A DNA stretch of 64,000 bases from Acanthaster planci (GCF_001949145.1 NW_019091362.1:999838-1063837), one strand, 5' to 3'; positions 13,101-24,598 are shown, counted from the first letter of the stretch. Made by a program: numbers and translations. The notes: generated by a model from the sequence alone, not told the origin.

Positions 13101-16100
13101 CATACCATGGTGGAATTCATGGGCGCCTCCTGACCTGAACAGCGCCACCTTTGGCAGGTTGGTGCCCAGGTACAATTCCCCGCACACATCCAGGTGCTGC
13201 GTGCAGTTGAATTTGCCAACCTACAACAAACAATCAAACGGATGATGACAAACATAGCAGTCCTGTCATCAGGATCTATGAATGACCACTGCTCACACCT
13301 CAGCATGATAGTGCAATGTGGATTTCAGATCTTATCACATTGATAGGCTGAAAGTTCACTTCCCTCACAAGCCATAATTTACATCCTTGTTTTTTTTAGA
13401 GTGGACATAAGGTCCTACGCAGCCTAAGACATATCTCGNNNNNNNNNNNNNNNNNNNNNNNNNNNNNNNNNNNNNNNNNNNNNNNNNNNNNNNNNNNNNN
13501 NNNNNNNNNNNNNNNNNNNNNNNNNNNNNNNNNNNNNNNNNNNNNNNNNNNNNNNNNNNNNNNNNNNNNNNNNNNNNNNNNNNNNNNNNNNNNNNNNNNN
13601 NNNNNNNNNNNNNNNNNNNNNNNNNNNNNNNNNNNNNNNNNNNNNNNNNNNNNNNNNNNNNNNNNNNNNNNNNNNNNNNNNNNNNNNNNNNNNNNNNNNN
13701 NNNNNNNNNNNNNNNNNNNNNNNNNNNNNNNNNNNNNNNNNNNNNNNNNNNNNNNNNNNNNNNNNNNNNNNNNNNNNNNNNNNNNNNNNNNNNNNNNNNN
13801 NNNNNNNNNNNNNNNNNNNNNNNNNNNNNNNNNNNNNNNNNNNNNNNNNNNNNNNNNNNNNNNNNNNNNNNNNNNNNNNNNNNNNNNNNNNNNNNNNNNN
13901 NNNNNNNNNNNNNNNNNNNNNNNNNNNNNNNNNNNNNNNNNNNNNNNNNNNNNNNNNNNNNNNNNNNNNNNNNNNNNNNNNNNNNNNNNNNNNNNNNNNN
14001 NNNNNNNNNNNNNNNNNNNNNNNNNNNNNNNNNNNNNNNNNNNNNNNNNNNNNNNNNNNNNNNNNNNNNNNNNNNNNNNNNNNNNNNNNNNNNNNNNNNN
14101 NNNNNNNNNNNNNNNNNNNNNNNNNNNNNNNNNNNNNNNNNNNNNNNNNNNNNNNNNNNNNNNNNNNNNNNNNNNNNNNNNNNNNNNNNNNNNNNAGAAT
14201 ATTTTCAGAAGGAAAAAAGGGAAAACCAATCATCAATGCTAGGAGGATATTTTCAGAAGGAAAAAAACAGGAGACTAATCATCAAGGTTAGGAGCATTTT
14301 TTTCAAGAAGGGAGACAGAGTAGACGAGCAGGATTATTATTTGTATTATATTTAAAGAGGTTAGTGAAGGGGAACTGCCGGCATGTAAGAGTTCTTACCA
14401 GTCTCTTTTTGGCAATTTTGACAAAAAATTAATAAGAATAGTATCTCTAAACAAGCGAGACTCATCAGGTGCAGTTCACTTAAACCATGGGTAGGTTTCG
14501 TCCCAAGACTGCACGACCCACCCAATAAGAACTTTTATGGCAACAATGGCTTACAACGTCCGGCATATCGCAAGATATGTCTGAGGCCGAGAAGGACCTT
14601 ACGTCCACTCTGAAATATAACACACTGAAAGGCTGAAAGTTCACTTCTGTCACAAGCCAAACTTTACCACCTTGTTTTTGTCTCTTATGTATCCTACACT
14701 GTTGTGAAGTTGCATCCACAGAAACGCTCATAAAAATTACTTTAAACTAGGTCTCTGGTAGCTTGCTGAATGGTACCACCTTAGATGTTGCCTAACCAGA
14801 TAAAACTTCCATTTGTAATTTTACCGTCATGTGCTTCAGGAGGTACGGCAGTTTTCGCAGCTCAATTTCATGTTCTTCCTTCCCACTCATGAAGTAGACT
14901 AACATCGCTTCATCTGATTGGCCAGACTTCAAATCATCTCGGCCACTCTGCAAAACGGTAGTCAAAGAAAATCAGACGCCTTTTTCTTGACAATTACAAA
15001 TCTTCTCCTCAACAGAGATTACATCCCTCAATTAATCTGAGCTACATTCTGTACTGAGTTAGTTTTATTTCCTTTTCTTTTGCAAAATTAATGAAGTTAT
15101 AAAGTCTGTTACAAGCCAATGTGGCCTAAAAGACCAGCCTTTATCTCTGGTTTTACTAGCTTAAAATTTAAGAATATTTCTATTTCCCCTGGATGGGATG
15201 CTAGTCGGTTCCAGGTTGCTCCCCAGCTAATGCTACAACCCATTTATGCTCCTACATAGAGAGAAGCATGTGAGGGTGAGATGGCTTGCCCAATGACACG
15301 CCCACATGCCAGGAGCTAGACTCAACCCATGAAAATACCTACTGTGACTCTTTACAACTGAATGCTTACCTGCAATTCTTCGTCACTGAGTGTGGAGATG
15401 TCAGGGAGAAGTTTCAACACTTCAGAAGCAATGCTTTTGGGTTCATCCAACTCAAAGGTCTGCCAAGACAGGAATGAAATTCTACATAGATACATTCTCG
15501 GCAAATATCATCTGCTCCACAAAATGGCCCTCTAGTAGTCATAAATTGGAATAACACCATCAACACTGGGCATTTCTGCTACATATTCCATTGTGTGAAT
15601 GCATCTGTACAGTAGCAACACCAGCATACCTAATACGATGTATGCTAATTTTTGTGCGCATTCTGCCGAAATTAGTCATATACTGTATGCTACAAAGTGA
15701 CTCCTATCAAAGGATTCTCAAGAACTGGCAATGCGCTGCCCTCAACAAGTACTGGCATGGTGCCAGGACAGTCGTCTGTTACTATTACTGGTGTTTTAGG
15801 GACATACAGAGCAAGAATAAATACATGAAAAAAATTCTGCTAAGCTAGCAATTCAAGCAAGCAAATATGGATAGTTATTGTGAGAGACTAAACTCTGTCA
15901 TCTTACACGGCTTGATGAAGACAGAGCCTTCTTTCCTGATGGATAGAACTTAATTGTGCTCTCATCAATGTTTAACTTCTTGCACAGTTTGGCTGAAGCA
16001 GTACAGTCAACAAAACCAACATTCACAACTTTGTTCTGAAAAGAAAAGAAATATTGCATTTACAAAATGTAAACAACCAATCGAAACCTGACAATATGCT

Positions 16101-19100
16101 GAAAATTTAAAACAAGGAGGTCATTTCTTAAAATTGTGAATTTGCTGTTTTCTCTGAAAGCAATACTAACTTGCAGGCATGAGCATTTTATGTTATTTAA
16201 TTTAATTTCAGATCAAGATGTAAGGAAGCTAGAACTTAACAATTTCATCAAGATTACCAAGATGGCGGCCAATTTGGTTCTGTCTTCCAGGTCCAAGCAG
16301 CCAGCATGGGCTACATCAGTGGACTCAGCCTCACTTCCTGCAGCAAAGTCAAACATCAAAGACTCAAACTAAAGCAAAACTGAAACTGGACTAAAAAAAA
16401 ACAGTTTTCTCTCTTTAGCATTCATTTCAAAGCTGATTCTCAACTTCCAGCTCAACAGCAAACAACAGATATACAACACGCACGTTGCCCCACTTTGAAA
16501 TGCCTAAAGACGCGTTGAACTGAATACGATGTGCATGGAGGTGGGTAAACATCAAAAGATGTTACCACAGCATTCGAAGCGATGTGCGTTCAAAAGGGAT
16601 AACAATGAGGTTAAACCTGTCTTCAAAGATTTGGTTACAGAGGCCCCCGAGGCCTTGAGGGATAACACTTCATCATGCAACTCAAACTTTGACATAAATA
16701 ATACTGCAGGGTTGGAAATCTATACGTCCATGCTAGTTGTGATATGAAAGGAACAAAGATTAATATTAATATCAAAAAGTGACAAGTAAATCGACAGACC
16801 AACCTTCCGGTGCTCCGCAGTAAGAAATAACCCATGGCTGGTCCTTGTGTTCTTCAGCTAAAAGAGTCTTTTTGAAATTTCCTTGAAAAAGTAGACAGAG
16901 AAATTGAAGTTACGCGACAAAAAGATAAAAACAATTTAATTTTAGGAAAGCAAACAAAGCAAGGATTCACAAAAATGTGAATCAAAGTTCTCTTAACATG
17001 CCACCTGATATACATTGTAACTTCTATTAGGCTCTTTCTACACTTACAATTATAAAAATTGACATGTCAAAATTAAGGGTCCCTTGAAAAAGGAGCGCAA
17101 GACTTTGAGCAATGTTTTTCATTTTTGATCGCATACATGGGACACGAAAAAGGGACATCAGCTGATCTATGGAAAGGTTCCATACCCGTCAAGGTTAAAG
17201 ACCTATACCATAAATAGAGAAAATAAAACTACAAAGATTTCCATTAGTGTCTCATGTAGACACCTGTCCATCAGTCCTGAGGATAGGCCAAAACAAATTT
17301 GGATGGGTGGTTTTTTGCTTGTTCAAACTTAACAAAGCCCAATGTTGGTAAACACATTTCTGATACTGGAGAACAACTCTCCACATCTCCTTCTAAACAT
17401 ACCGGAAATGTGGCCTCAGATAGCACCAGACAGTGTCAGTTTCAAACAATTTCACGAAAAAGGACAGACAGTTTTTAAACTTGGCTGGGAATAAAAATGC
17501 TGATAGGTCAATCCTAGTTGGAACCCAAATGTCATTAATCCCTATGTGATTACACATGAGTGTAAGGCTGTGCCGTGTATCCGAATACTTGATCATTTAT
17601 CAAATATTCAAATATTATTTTCCAAATTTGAATATTCAAATGCAAAATTCATGAAAAGGGAGAAAGAATTTTCTTTTGTTTCAAATGAGAAAAATTGCAC
17701 TTTGGAGCCTTCTTTCAAGCAGATTCAAATAAAAAGCGACGGAAACCTTACAATGATTTAGAAAGTAAATTACTCATTAAATAATTTAAAAGGAATAGAA
17801 ATTTTCAACAGGGCAAGAAGTATTGTTCGTCTCTTAAATCTTGCTAAATCATGGCTGGAGATACTCGTAGACATGAGAAGCTATTGTAGTGATTATAAAG
17901 TACAATTGTGTGCATTATTGCAACTGATTTTGTATATTGTTTATTTATCAACAATCTGCCAGTCGGTATGACCGAATATTTGGATATTCAATCGAACTGA
18001 AGATCAAATATTCGAAAAATAAATTATTAAAATTGACTCAGCCCTTCATGAGTGTTTCAACCCATCCTTACCTGTCCAAATGGAATGGACGTCAGCTTTG
18101 ACTAGCCATAAGGCATGCTTGATGAGATCTTGGAGTTTACGTTTGCCAGTAAACTCCTCGTTCTGTGAAGAAACAAATATGAAAGCCTATGAGTGGCTGA
18201 TTCTACAAACAAAATCTGACCTCATGTATATTGCTTGTTGTCTGCTTTGAAAATACCGACATCAGACTGAAGCTTACAAAAAATGGAGTTGTCATGTTTA
18301 AGGGCCAAGTCACGTAGCAAAAAAGCCTGAATTATTTACCAACACAGAAACAGTCTTTTAGATTTTTGCTCTGAACACTTCCTCAACTGGATTTTTCCTC
18401 GTCTCATGCTTCAGGAGTCAGGATGATGTAGTGGTTCTTTCCTCACCGTCCACCGTCCCACTGGGTTCAATTTCCGACTCGGTCCACATGTGGATTGGGT
18501 TTTCAGTCCCTACCTGATTCGGTGGGTTTTACCCAGAATATTCCTCTGGGGTTTTCCTCCCACCTGTAAAACTGTAACTGCTTCTCATTGTCTCCTCTCT
18601 ACAGGTTTCTTCAGGCTTGCGAGCTAGAGTGCCTGGGGTGCACTCTAGCTTCTTGGTGTCATTAGCAGAAATAAAACAATAATAATTATCCTTTGACCCT
18701 GTCAAACCCGTCTCTGCCAAGCATTCCTTTTATGTTAAACATCTTCATCTTTACCTTAAATGTGCATGAACAAGTCAATATCAGTAATTCTTATTACTGT
18801 CAATTCCTGCCAAAGTACAAAACCAATGGATTCCTAACCCAGCCAATCCCCAACAAGGAAGTTATGTTGAAATGTCTTCACTGCACATTTCTGCACATTT
18901 TCAATTTAAGTACAAATTGAAACTAATGAATACTGACGCTGAACAGAAGACAATAAGAAAGAGGAAACACTATAATAAACAGTGTGACATACCTGTGGAT
19001 AGACCTTGAGGGTGGGGAAGAATCGCACTCCCTGGGCAGTGCAGAGGGGGTTGTCATCATGACAGTTGACAGCACCGATACGAATCACACCTTCCATTTC

Positions 19101-22100
19101 CTTGGCAAACTTTCGCCACTGCAAAAAAACCCAAAAAACGAATAACTAAATAAAACTGAACAGAATATAAAATGAATCAAGAACAAAAAAACACAGATGA
19201 TGTAAAGAAAATACCAGTATCAAGCACCCTAATTACAGATTACAATACGGGCCATTCATGATACAGTGTGCCACCAAGAGGTTGCGACAGAGAGGCCAAT
19301 TTTTAAGTCTGCAGTCAAAAACATGACCAACTCCCCGAAATCTGCATTGGAGTGAATGGCAGTGGACAAAGGTTTGGATTAATTTAAAGGGCCAAAGTAG
19401 GACTCACGATAGGGGCCAGGTCATGGCAATGATGGCACCGCGGAGAGTAGAAGTTGACAAACCAGATGTCTTCACCAAACACCGACTGCTCTATGGGTCA
19501 GAGGTCAACAGACGGGCAAAGGGTTACATCTCAGTCAACGACACCAAAAGAGACATACGCAATCTAGTCAGCCCAAAATGCAAGTTCAATGTCATCCTCT
19601 GCATCTTCTCTGATTGCTCACATGATGACAATAACACTAATTAATTTAAATAAGGAAGTGGTGATATTTGTGTGCTACATTGACTTCTATTTAAACTCCA
19701 GGTTCTGTCCGTCTTGGACAGCAGATGTGGGTGATTGACCAGACACTCAGCACCATCGTCCCCTCATCACCTGGAGGGTAGAGGACCTTTGAGGATACCG
19801 GCAGGGCCTTGGCCCTGAGACTGCTGGGAAATGGCGGGCCTTGTAGGACCTTTTTCAAGAGTAGGTGCTGTGTGTGTCTGGGGGATCCCCCCCACGCCTG
19901 ACCTCCTTCCCTCTGATGTACTGTTGCAGTGAAACAGCTTTCTTAAGCTCTTAGGTGGTTCACATTCTACTAACACAGGTTACTGTTCATATTCAACTTA
20001 GCGCATTATTCTTTTTAATTTTCATGTATCTTTGTCTGCTTGGTATTTATTGTCAACTGCCCTGAGGTTAATTTAACGGAAGGCGTTTGCTAAATCCCAT
20101 TTATTATTATTACAGGAAATTGCCGAGTTGTGTGAAGTGTGAACAGTTTGTTTTCTACACAGCTTGGTCCTCTTAACTACACAACACTTTCCCATGTAAA
20201 GCAATAATAACCCAGCCCTGTGGCAAAGTGCTATGACCTCAACACAATTGAATGCCCACACCTGTCTGACCTGAAATGTACAAAAACTCACCAAAATCTG
20301 TCTTGCTGAGGGTGACAACTTCTGGGTCTTCGTCATACAGGCCTGAACAATGTCAGAGACAAACAAATGTACAAATATCAACAATACATACGCTATATCT
20401 GGTATAGCAAGAGAATATATGAAATACGACAATGAGGTGAACATGTTTCATAAATGCAAATCCTCCTTACACGTGTCCCAATCACCTACATGAATATACC
20501 CAAAAGCTGAGGTACTGGTTAAGTCTTAAAGCACTGTCATTGGACAGTTTGTGTAACGTATATAAATGTGTCATAGTACAGGATTGGTCAGAACAGTCTG
20601 GCACGATTTGCTTGTTTTACATAGCTCTCAGGTCTTCTGTCATAGGAAGCTGTGACGGAATGTTTTGGCTGAGGCTGGGAATCAGTGTAAGCCAATAGCT
20701 TGTGGCTGCGACTGCTTCTCATAGACAAATACGTACATACATGTATATCAATAATGGCCAAGACATGGGTGCACAGCCTCGGATAAGAGTAGGTCTTCCA
20801 CAGTACACATGCATGTGTTGTTCTTCAACTATAAGACTCTGTGATCACTATTATACACATATGGTTTGACAATAGATAGTCCGTAATAGCTCCTAGAGAT
20901 ATTGCAAGTTGAAAAACTAGTTCTCTAGGTGAAAAGACAACTAATGTGTCAACTTCCAGAGGACTTCATATCTAGGAAACCATATTACATGTCTTAATTT
21001 CACCACACCCCAACCATATGGTACCACTGAGTGGAGAGAATTGTTTATCATCATTCAAGTGTCCTGTCATCTTTTAGTGCCTAGGCTAAGGTGATACTCA
21101 CATTTGCTAACTACATTATATCCACCTGTGACAGTGGACAATTGCCTAATGAAGCACTAGCATTCAACAAATGCACCTAGGAAACAGCCAAAATAATAGC
21201 AAGACGGAGGATTGACGGACGAGATATTCAGCTCTAGATCATGAACATGTAGGCCTGTAAGTTATGGTGATAGCTTATAAAGGATTGGCTGAGACTTGCA
21301 AAGCACATGCAATACGGCCTTTTCACAAGAGTGCGCCACCAAGAGTTTGCAACGCATTGGCCAATCATAATGCACGAAATTTGTCGACCCAATGCGCGTT
21401 TGAAAAGGGTCGACAAATTTTGCGCGTTATGATTGGCCAATGCCTTGCAAACTCTTGGTGGCGCACTATTGTGAATCGCCCGTATTATTCCTCCACTTAA
21501 TCTGTCGTAAGTTAGCCTTACCAAATTCTGTCTTGTAGTACTGCCAGCTCTCGTATCGATTCCATCTTCCCTGCCCTTGCTGGTCTTTTAGACCCTCTTC
21601 GCCGAACCGGTCGTACTTCTTGCGAAGGTCGTCATCTTTCAGTACCTCATATGCCCTGTTGATCTCTACAAACTTATCATGTGCCTTTGGGTCATCCTGT
21701 GCATAAAAGATGGCAAGCAAAGAAGAACACTTTATTCAATACTTTATTTCATAGGTGTATCTACATACATTCTACGTGTGTAGCAACAGATGAGACCATG
21801 AACAACTGAAGGTTGTTGTAAAGATAAATAGAAGTGTTTTAAAATACTTAACATTGGAATAATTTCACAACAGATGTGATACATAAAGCCCCAGTGCAGG
21901 TTTATTCTTGGTCCCAAAACTTAATATTTAGTAGTGTAGTTGGCAAAATTTTTTTGTGTTTAACATTTCTTCAATTTTAAATACACATAAACACCAACTC
22001 TCTGGTACAATATTTCTCAATGTACAATGTACATGTACCTTCTGCCAGCGTTCTAGCAAGGATGAAATTAAAGGATAGGGGCATCTACCCAACGTGCCAG

Positions 22101-24598
22101 ATATAGCGGGGGGGGTAAACAGCTTTGTTTTAAGCTCCCATTACACCATTCAGTGTCATTCAGTCATTGTAAAAAGCAAAATGATCAGTTTGAAACTGAC
22201 TTCTACCCTTTCCTCTACTTTTTTTGGGGGAGGGGGACTTTGCTTTGTGTTTTGTTGGGCTTCTACTTAGGAAACGGGCAAAGGTCTAATAAACTATGGG
22301 ATATCTGATCCACATTTCATTACTGCACAATTGTTTTTTACATGTGCTTATTCTTGTTTGAGGAGCTCCATGGTACAACATTGTTTTGATGTGCATCAAT
22401 GAAATATAACTAGCTTAATAGGCCTACACCTCATTTTGATTTTGAAAAACGTCAATCTGGATAGTTTCTAGGGGTTTTAAGTCAACATGTATGATTATTC
22501 TTAACTTAATTCACCTAGGCCCCTACCATTGATTGCACCTTCTTGCAAGGTTCGAAAACTTTTGTCGAAGAATATAAGTCACATGATCATTCCAAACTTA
22601 TTCTCATTATCACAAAGTTAGATGTTTGTGCCGAAAATAATAAAAAGTTTGGTCATAAATAACGAACACACACGACCAAAGATAAGTGAGAATGATCAAC
22701 GATACCGAAATTACAAAGGAAAATGCTCTGTTCAAGCACCTTCCTCCATGGTTCAAGATAAGAAAACACAAGACTGTGCATGGATATTGCCAGGTGGCTG
22801 ATATCTGCTTTCATATCCTGTTTATAAAGTAGGAATTTCTTTTAATCAAAAAAGGTTTTAAATTAAGCACTTTCTAGGATGTTTGTGAGTCCATGAGAGG
22901 CAGTTATCATGAACATCTAAGATATAAAATATCAGGAGTATACACAACCTCTGAGTAAGTTACAATTATTGGCTTTCACAAATGAGTTGTAAACTCCACT
23001 GCAGATTGCACATGTGAGGATTTTTTTCAACAGTATTGATTGAAATTAAAAGTTAATTGATATTTTTAAACTGAAACAGTCAACAAAGGACCCAGCTGTC
23101 TGTATACACGGAAACGACAGATGACATGAGATGACACAGCAGACAAAGTGCATTTCAATTGATTTGGTAATATTCCCAAAAAACACTTCAGGTAATACAT
23201 GGGCTTTTTAAATTATGTAAAGCAAATTAAGTACTTAAGAAATATTACAGTTATGGGCATCACATAAAGTGCACTCGAACAAACAAGTCTTGCTCAACAT
23301 CTTTTTTAGCAATTTCTTTCGATATGTTAATATTTTACATTTTTATAATCTTCCGTTTGGAAATTGGCATCCGGGACAAACATGGACATCATGTGGGTGA
23401 TGCAGGTGACAGTTTTTAATGATACCCGTAGGCTTACTATCTTACAGTAGGTACATGTATGTGTCATTTTCTTGGGTTGGGGTACGTACATGTACATGTA
23501 TAGGCAATATACCGGTACATGTACATGTAGCTGTAGACGTTATGCTTGGACTCATTATTTCAACTTTGCTGTGAAGACGATACACCGCAGCCACAACACA
23601 CTTCAAATGTAAACTACATGTAAGACAAATGTGTACCTTTGGGTATGGTTCCCAATTTTCCTAAAAGGCCAGTTCATACATGTACATGTGCTTCAGGCAA
23701 ATGCAAAAGCAAAGCAAATTGACATAAAAAACATTTGTGGCAAAATTTGCTCAAGTTGAAATGTGTTCAACTCAAGCTTCGTCACAGCACGAATATTTGA
23801 TTTGACGTGAGAATTTTTTGTGCGTGTTTGCTTTCGTGGTCTTGCGCCAATAATTTGTGTGCAGCCCAAAGAAGCTACATGTGCAATTGTGAGTGCATAA
23901 TGGATCAATAAACGGCTGTGAGACCCATTACAATTTCAACCGAAGCGTGACTCTGATTAAAGTAACATAATTTCGATGACTTGAGGGTGAAGGATCTTTT
24001 GCAAGGTAAAAGAAAATACCAAACACAATGGTTCCCTTTGAGACGGTTTACATCGAGAGCTGACAGACTACATGATAGGGCAATGAAGACAAGTGCTTAA
24101 AAATCACAGTGATACTTCAAATACACCGCACAAAGGTAGCACTTTGCCACAGACTGCTACGGTTGAGTATTTCCTGGGAGTCTTCATTCTTCCTGTGGGG
24201 ACTATTTTTGTTAACTGGAGTCAAGAATTGGTGTGTCAATGCAGCATACCTTGCTGCACACCGATTCCATTTATTACCAATGCATTCAGTTACCAATCAT
24301 CTGTGTCAACAGGCCCTATGGATGCTGGATCACATTTGAGACAAACCTGGTTCTTATCGGGATGCATCTTGAGAGCTAGTTTCTTGAAGGCTCGACGAAT
24401 GTCCTTGGTGCTTGCATCTCGCTCAATTCCAAGCAACTCATAGTAGTCTTGTGAGGCCGAGGTGACGGTCAACATCAGGCTCAGGAGAGCCACAGCAATA
24501 AGGAAGTTCCTGAACCATAACGTCTGAACTCTACTCATCTGTGTACGGAGGCAAGTTTCTAAGTGCTTTGGAAACAATCCCACAATCCCTGTGCCCAT
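7123..24598 (-). CDS. DNAJC10: DNAJC10 / ERdj5, ER-resident J-domain disulfide reductase; 20 coding exons, about 817 aa (797 aa if the start is ATG 24538)
   Basis: Hydrophobic signal peptide; J-domain (QDYYELLG...[11 protein letters not shown]...[28 protein letters not shown]); four CXXC motifs (CHHC, CPPC, CGPC, CMPC) plus thioredoxin-like segments lacking CXXC; C-terminal KDEL. All 19 introns are GT-AG and exon lengths sum to a multiple of 3 (2394 nt from 24538). Confidence 0.96.
7427..7510 (-). CDS. DNAJC10: DNAJC10 coding exon 19
   Basis: cacag|[28 protein letters not shown]|gtaagt. Confidence 0.85.
8144..8275 (-). CDS. DNAJC10: DNAJC10 coding exon 18
   Basis: ttgcag|[44 protein letters not shown]|gtaggt. 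Confidence 0.92.
8687..8888 (-). CDS. DNAJC10: DNAJC10 coding exon 17: Trx4 (HCMPC)
   Basis: ggcag|(S)[22 protein letters not shown]...[26 protein letters not shown]|gttggt. Confidence 0.93.
9350..9483 (-). CDS. DNAJC10: DNAJC10 coding exon 16
   Basis: tttag|[44 protein letters not shown](S)|gtagct. Confidence 0.92.
9790..9945 (-). CDS. DNAJC10: DNAJC10 coding exon 15: Trx3 (WCGPC)
   Basis: tttcag|[12 protein letters not shown]...[25 protein letters not shown]|gtacat. Confidence 0.95.
10536..10900. mobile_element. MITE with long terminal inverted repeats (family A), in DNAJC10 intron 14
   Basis: AATAAGCCAATTGCGAGTTAAATTTGAATAAAATCTGGTACACTG at the left end is mirrored at the right end; inner inverted match GGGGCAAGCTTTTGC/GCAAAAGCTTGCCCC; second copy at 54942. 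Confidence 0.88.
11059..11274 (-). CDS. DNAJC10: DNAJC10 coding exon 14: Trx2 (HCPPC)
   Basis: aacag|[16 protein letters not shown]...FGTVDCTIH...SYPTT...IVDFIE|gtaata. Confidence 0.94.
12087..12223 (-). CDS. DNAJC10: DNAJC10 coding exon 13
   Basis: cacag|(G)[45 protein letters not shown]|gtaagt. Confidence 0.93.
12367..12621. mobile_element. MITE with ~35 bp TIRs (GGGTCATTCCATG...CATGGAATGACCC), possible 4-bp TSD AGTA
   Basis: Inverted termini are visible; AGTA at 12363-12366 and 12622-12625. Confidence 0.75.
13106..13220 (-). CDS. DNAJC10: DNAJC10 coding exon 12
   Basis: ttgtag|[38 protein letters not shown](G)|gtatgt. Confidence 0.9.
14196..14320. repeat. ~49 bp tandem repeat abutting the N gap
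   Basis: About 2.5 diverged copies of ATATTTTCAGAAGGAAAAAA...AATCATCAA.G.TAGGAG. Confidence 0.7.
14825..14947 (-). CDS. DNAJC10: DNAJC10 coding exon 11
   Basis: tttgcag|[41 protein letters not shown]|gtaaaa. Confidence 0.87.
15130..15335 (-). mobile_element. Degenerate tRNA-derived SINE-like copy
   Basis: The + strand text CCCCTGGATGGGATGCTAGTC...CCCATTTAT...GAGAGA.GCA.GTGAG.GT...CTTGCCCAA resembles, from memory, the reverse complement of widespread invertebrate SINEs; decayed B-box at about 15320-15330. Confidence 0.55.
15370..15459 (-). CDS. DNAJC10: DNAJC10 coding exon 10
   Basis: ggcag|[30 protein letters not shown]|gtaagc. Confidence 0.88.
15907..16035 (-). CDS. DNAJC10: DNAJC10 coding exon 9
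   Basis: tttcag|[43 protein letters not shown]|gtaaga. Confidence 0.9.
16258..16310 (-). CDS. DNAJC10: DNAJC10 coding exon 8
   Basis: tgtag|(A)[17 protein letters not shown]|gtaatc; restores phase 1 to 0. Confidence 0.8.
16804..16881 (-). CDS. DNAJC10: DNAJC10 coding exon 7
   Basis: ttcaag|(G)[25 protein letters not shown]|gttggt. Confidence 0.82.
17563..18046. mobile_element. Non-autonomous hAT-like DNA transposon with 8-bp TSD
   Basis: CATGAGTG duplicated at 17555-17562 and 18047-18054; termini TAAGGCTG...CAGCCCTT; subterminal (CG)AATATTC(G) repeats at both ends. Confidence 0.85.
18072..18162 (-). CDS. DNAJC10: DNAJC10 coding exon 6
   Basis: cacag|[30 protein letters not shown](G)|gtaagg. 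Confidence 0.88.
18413..18690 (+). mobile_element. tRNA-derived SINE (near full length)
   Basis: A-box-like TGATGTAGTGG, B-box-like GGGTTCAATTTCC (~18463), central GGGTTTTCCTCCCAC motif typical of metazoan SINE bodies, AATAAA and (AAT)n tail. Confidence 0.7.
18993..19118 (-). CDS. DNAJC10: DNAJC10 coding exon 5
   Basis: tttgcag|[19 protein letters not shown]...FPTLKVYPQ|gtatgt. Confidence 0.94.
19408..19490 (-). CDS. DNAJC10: DNAJC10 coding exon 4: Trx1 active site (CHHC)
   Basis: catag|(E)[27 protein letters not shown]|gtgagt. Confidence 0.94.
20292..20342 (-). CDS. DNAJC10: DNAJC10 coding exon 3
   Basis: ttcag|(G)[16 protein letters not shown]|gtgagt, 51 nt. Confidence 0.92.
21311..21486. 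mobile_element. Palindromic MITE (family B, 176 bp foldback); half-copy at about 19244-19290
   Basis: AATACGG...AGTGCGCCACCAAGAGTTTGCAA.GCATTGGCCAATCATAA...AATTTGTCGACCC is mirrored around a ~16 nt loop. Confidence 0.88.
21522..21696 (-). CDS. DNAJC10: DNAJC10 coding exon 2: second half of the J-domain
   Basis: cacag|[20 protein letters not shown]...[11 protein letters not shown](G)|gtaagg. Confidence 0.95.
24347..24598 (-). CDS. DNAJC10: DNAJC10 coding exon 1: signal peptide and first half of the J-domain (HPD)
   Basis: MGTG...[37 protein letters not shown]...MHPDKNQ|gtttgt. ATG 24598 has aaaATGG context; a second in-frame ATG is at 24538. Confidence 0.9.

Noticed and set aside
13396..14236. 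Long ORFs of 270-277 aa in the ORF track
   Set aside because: They are runs of N translated as X, an assembly-gap artefact.
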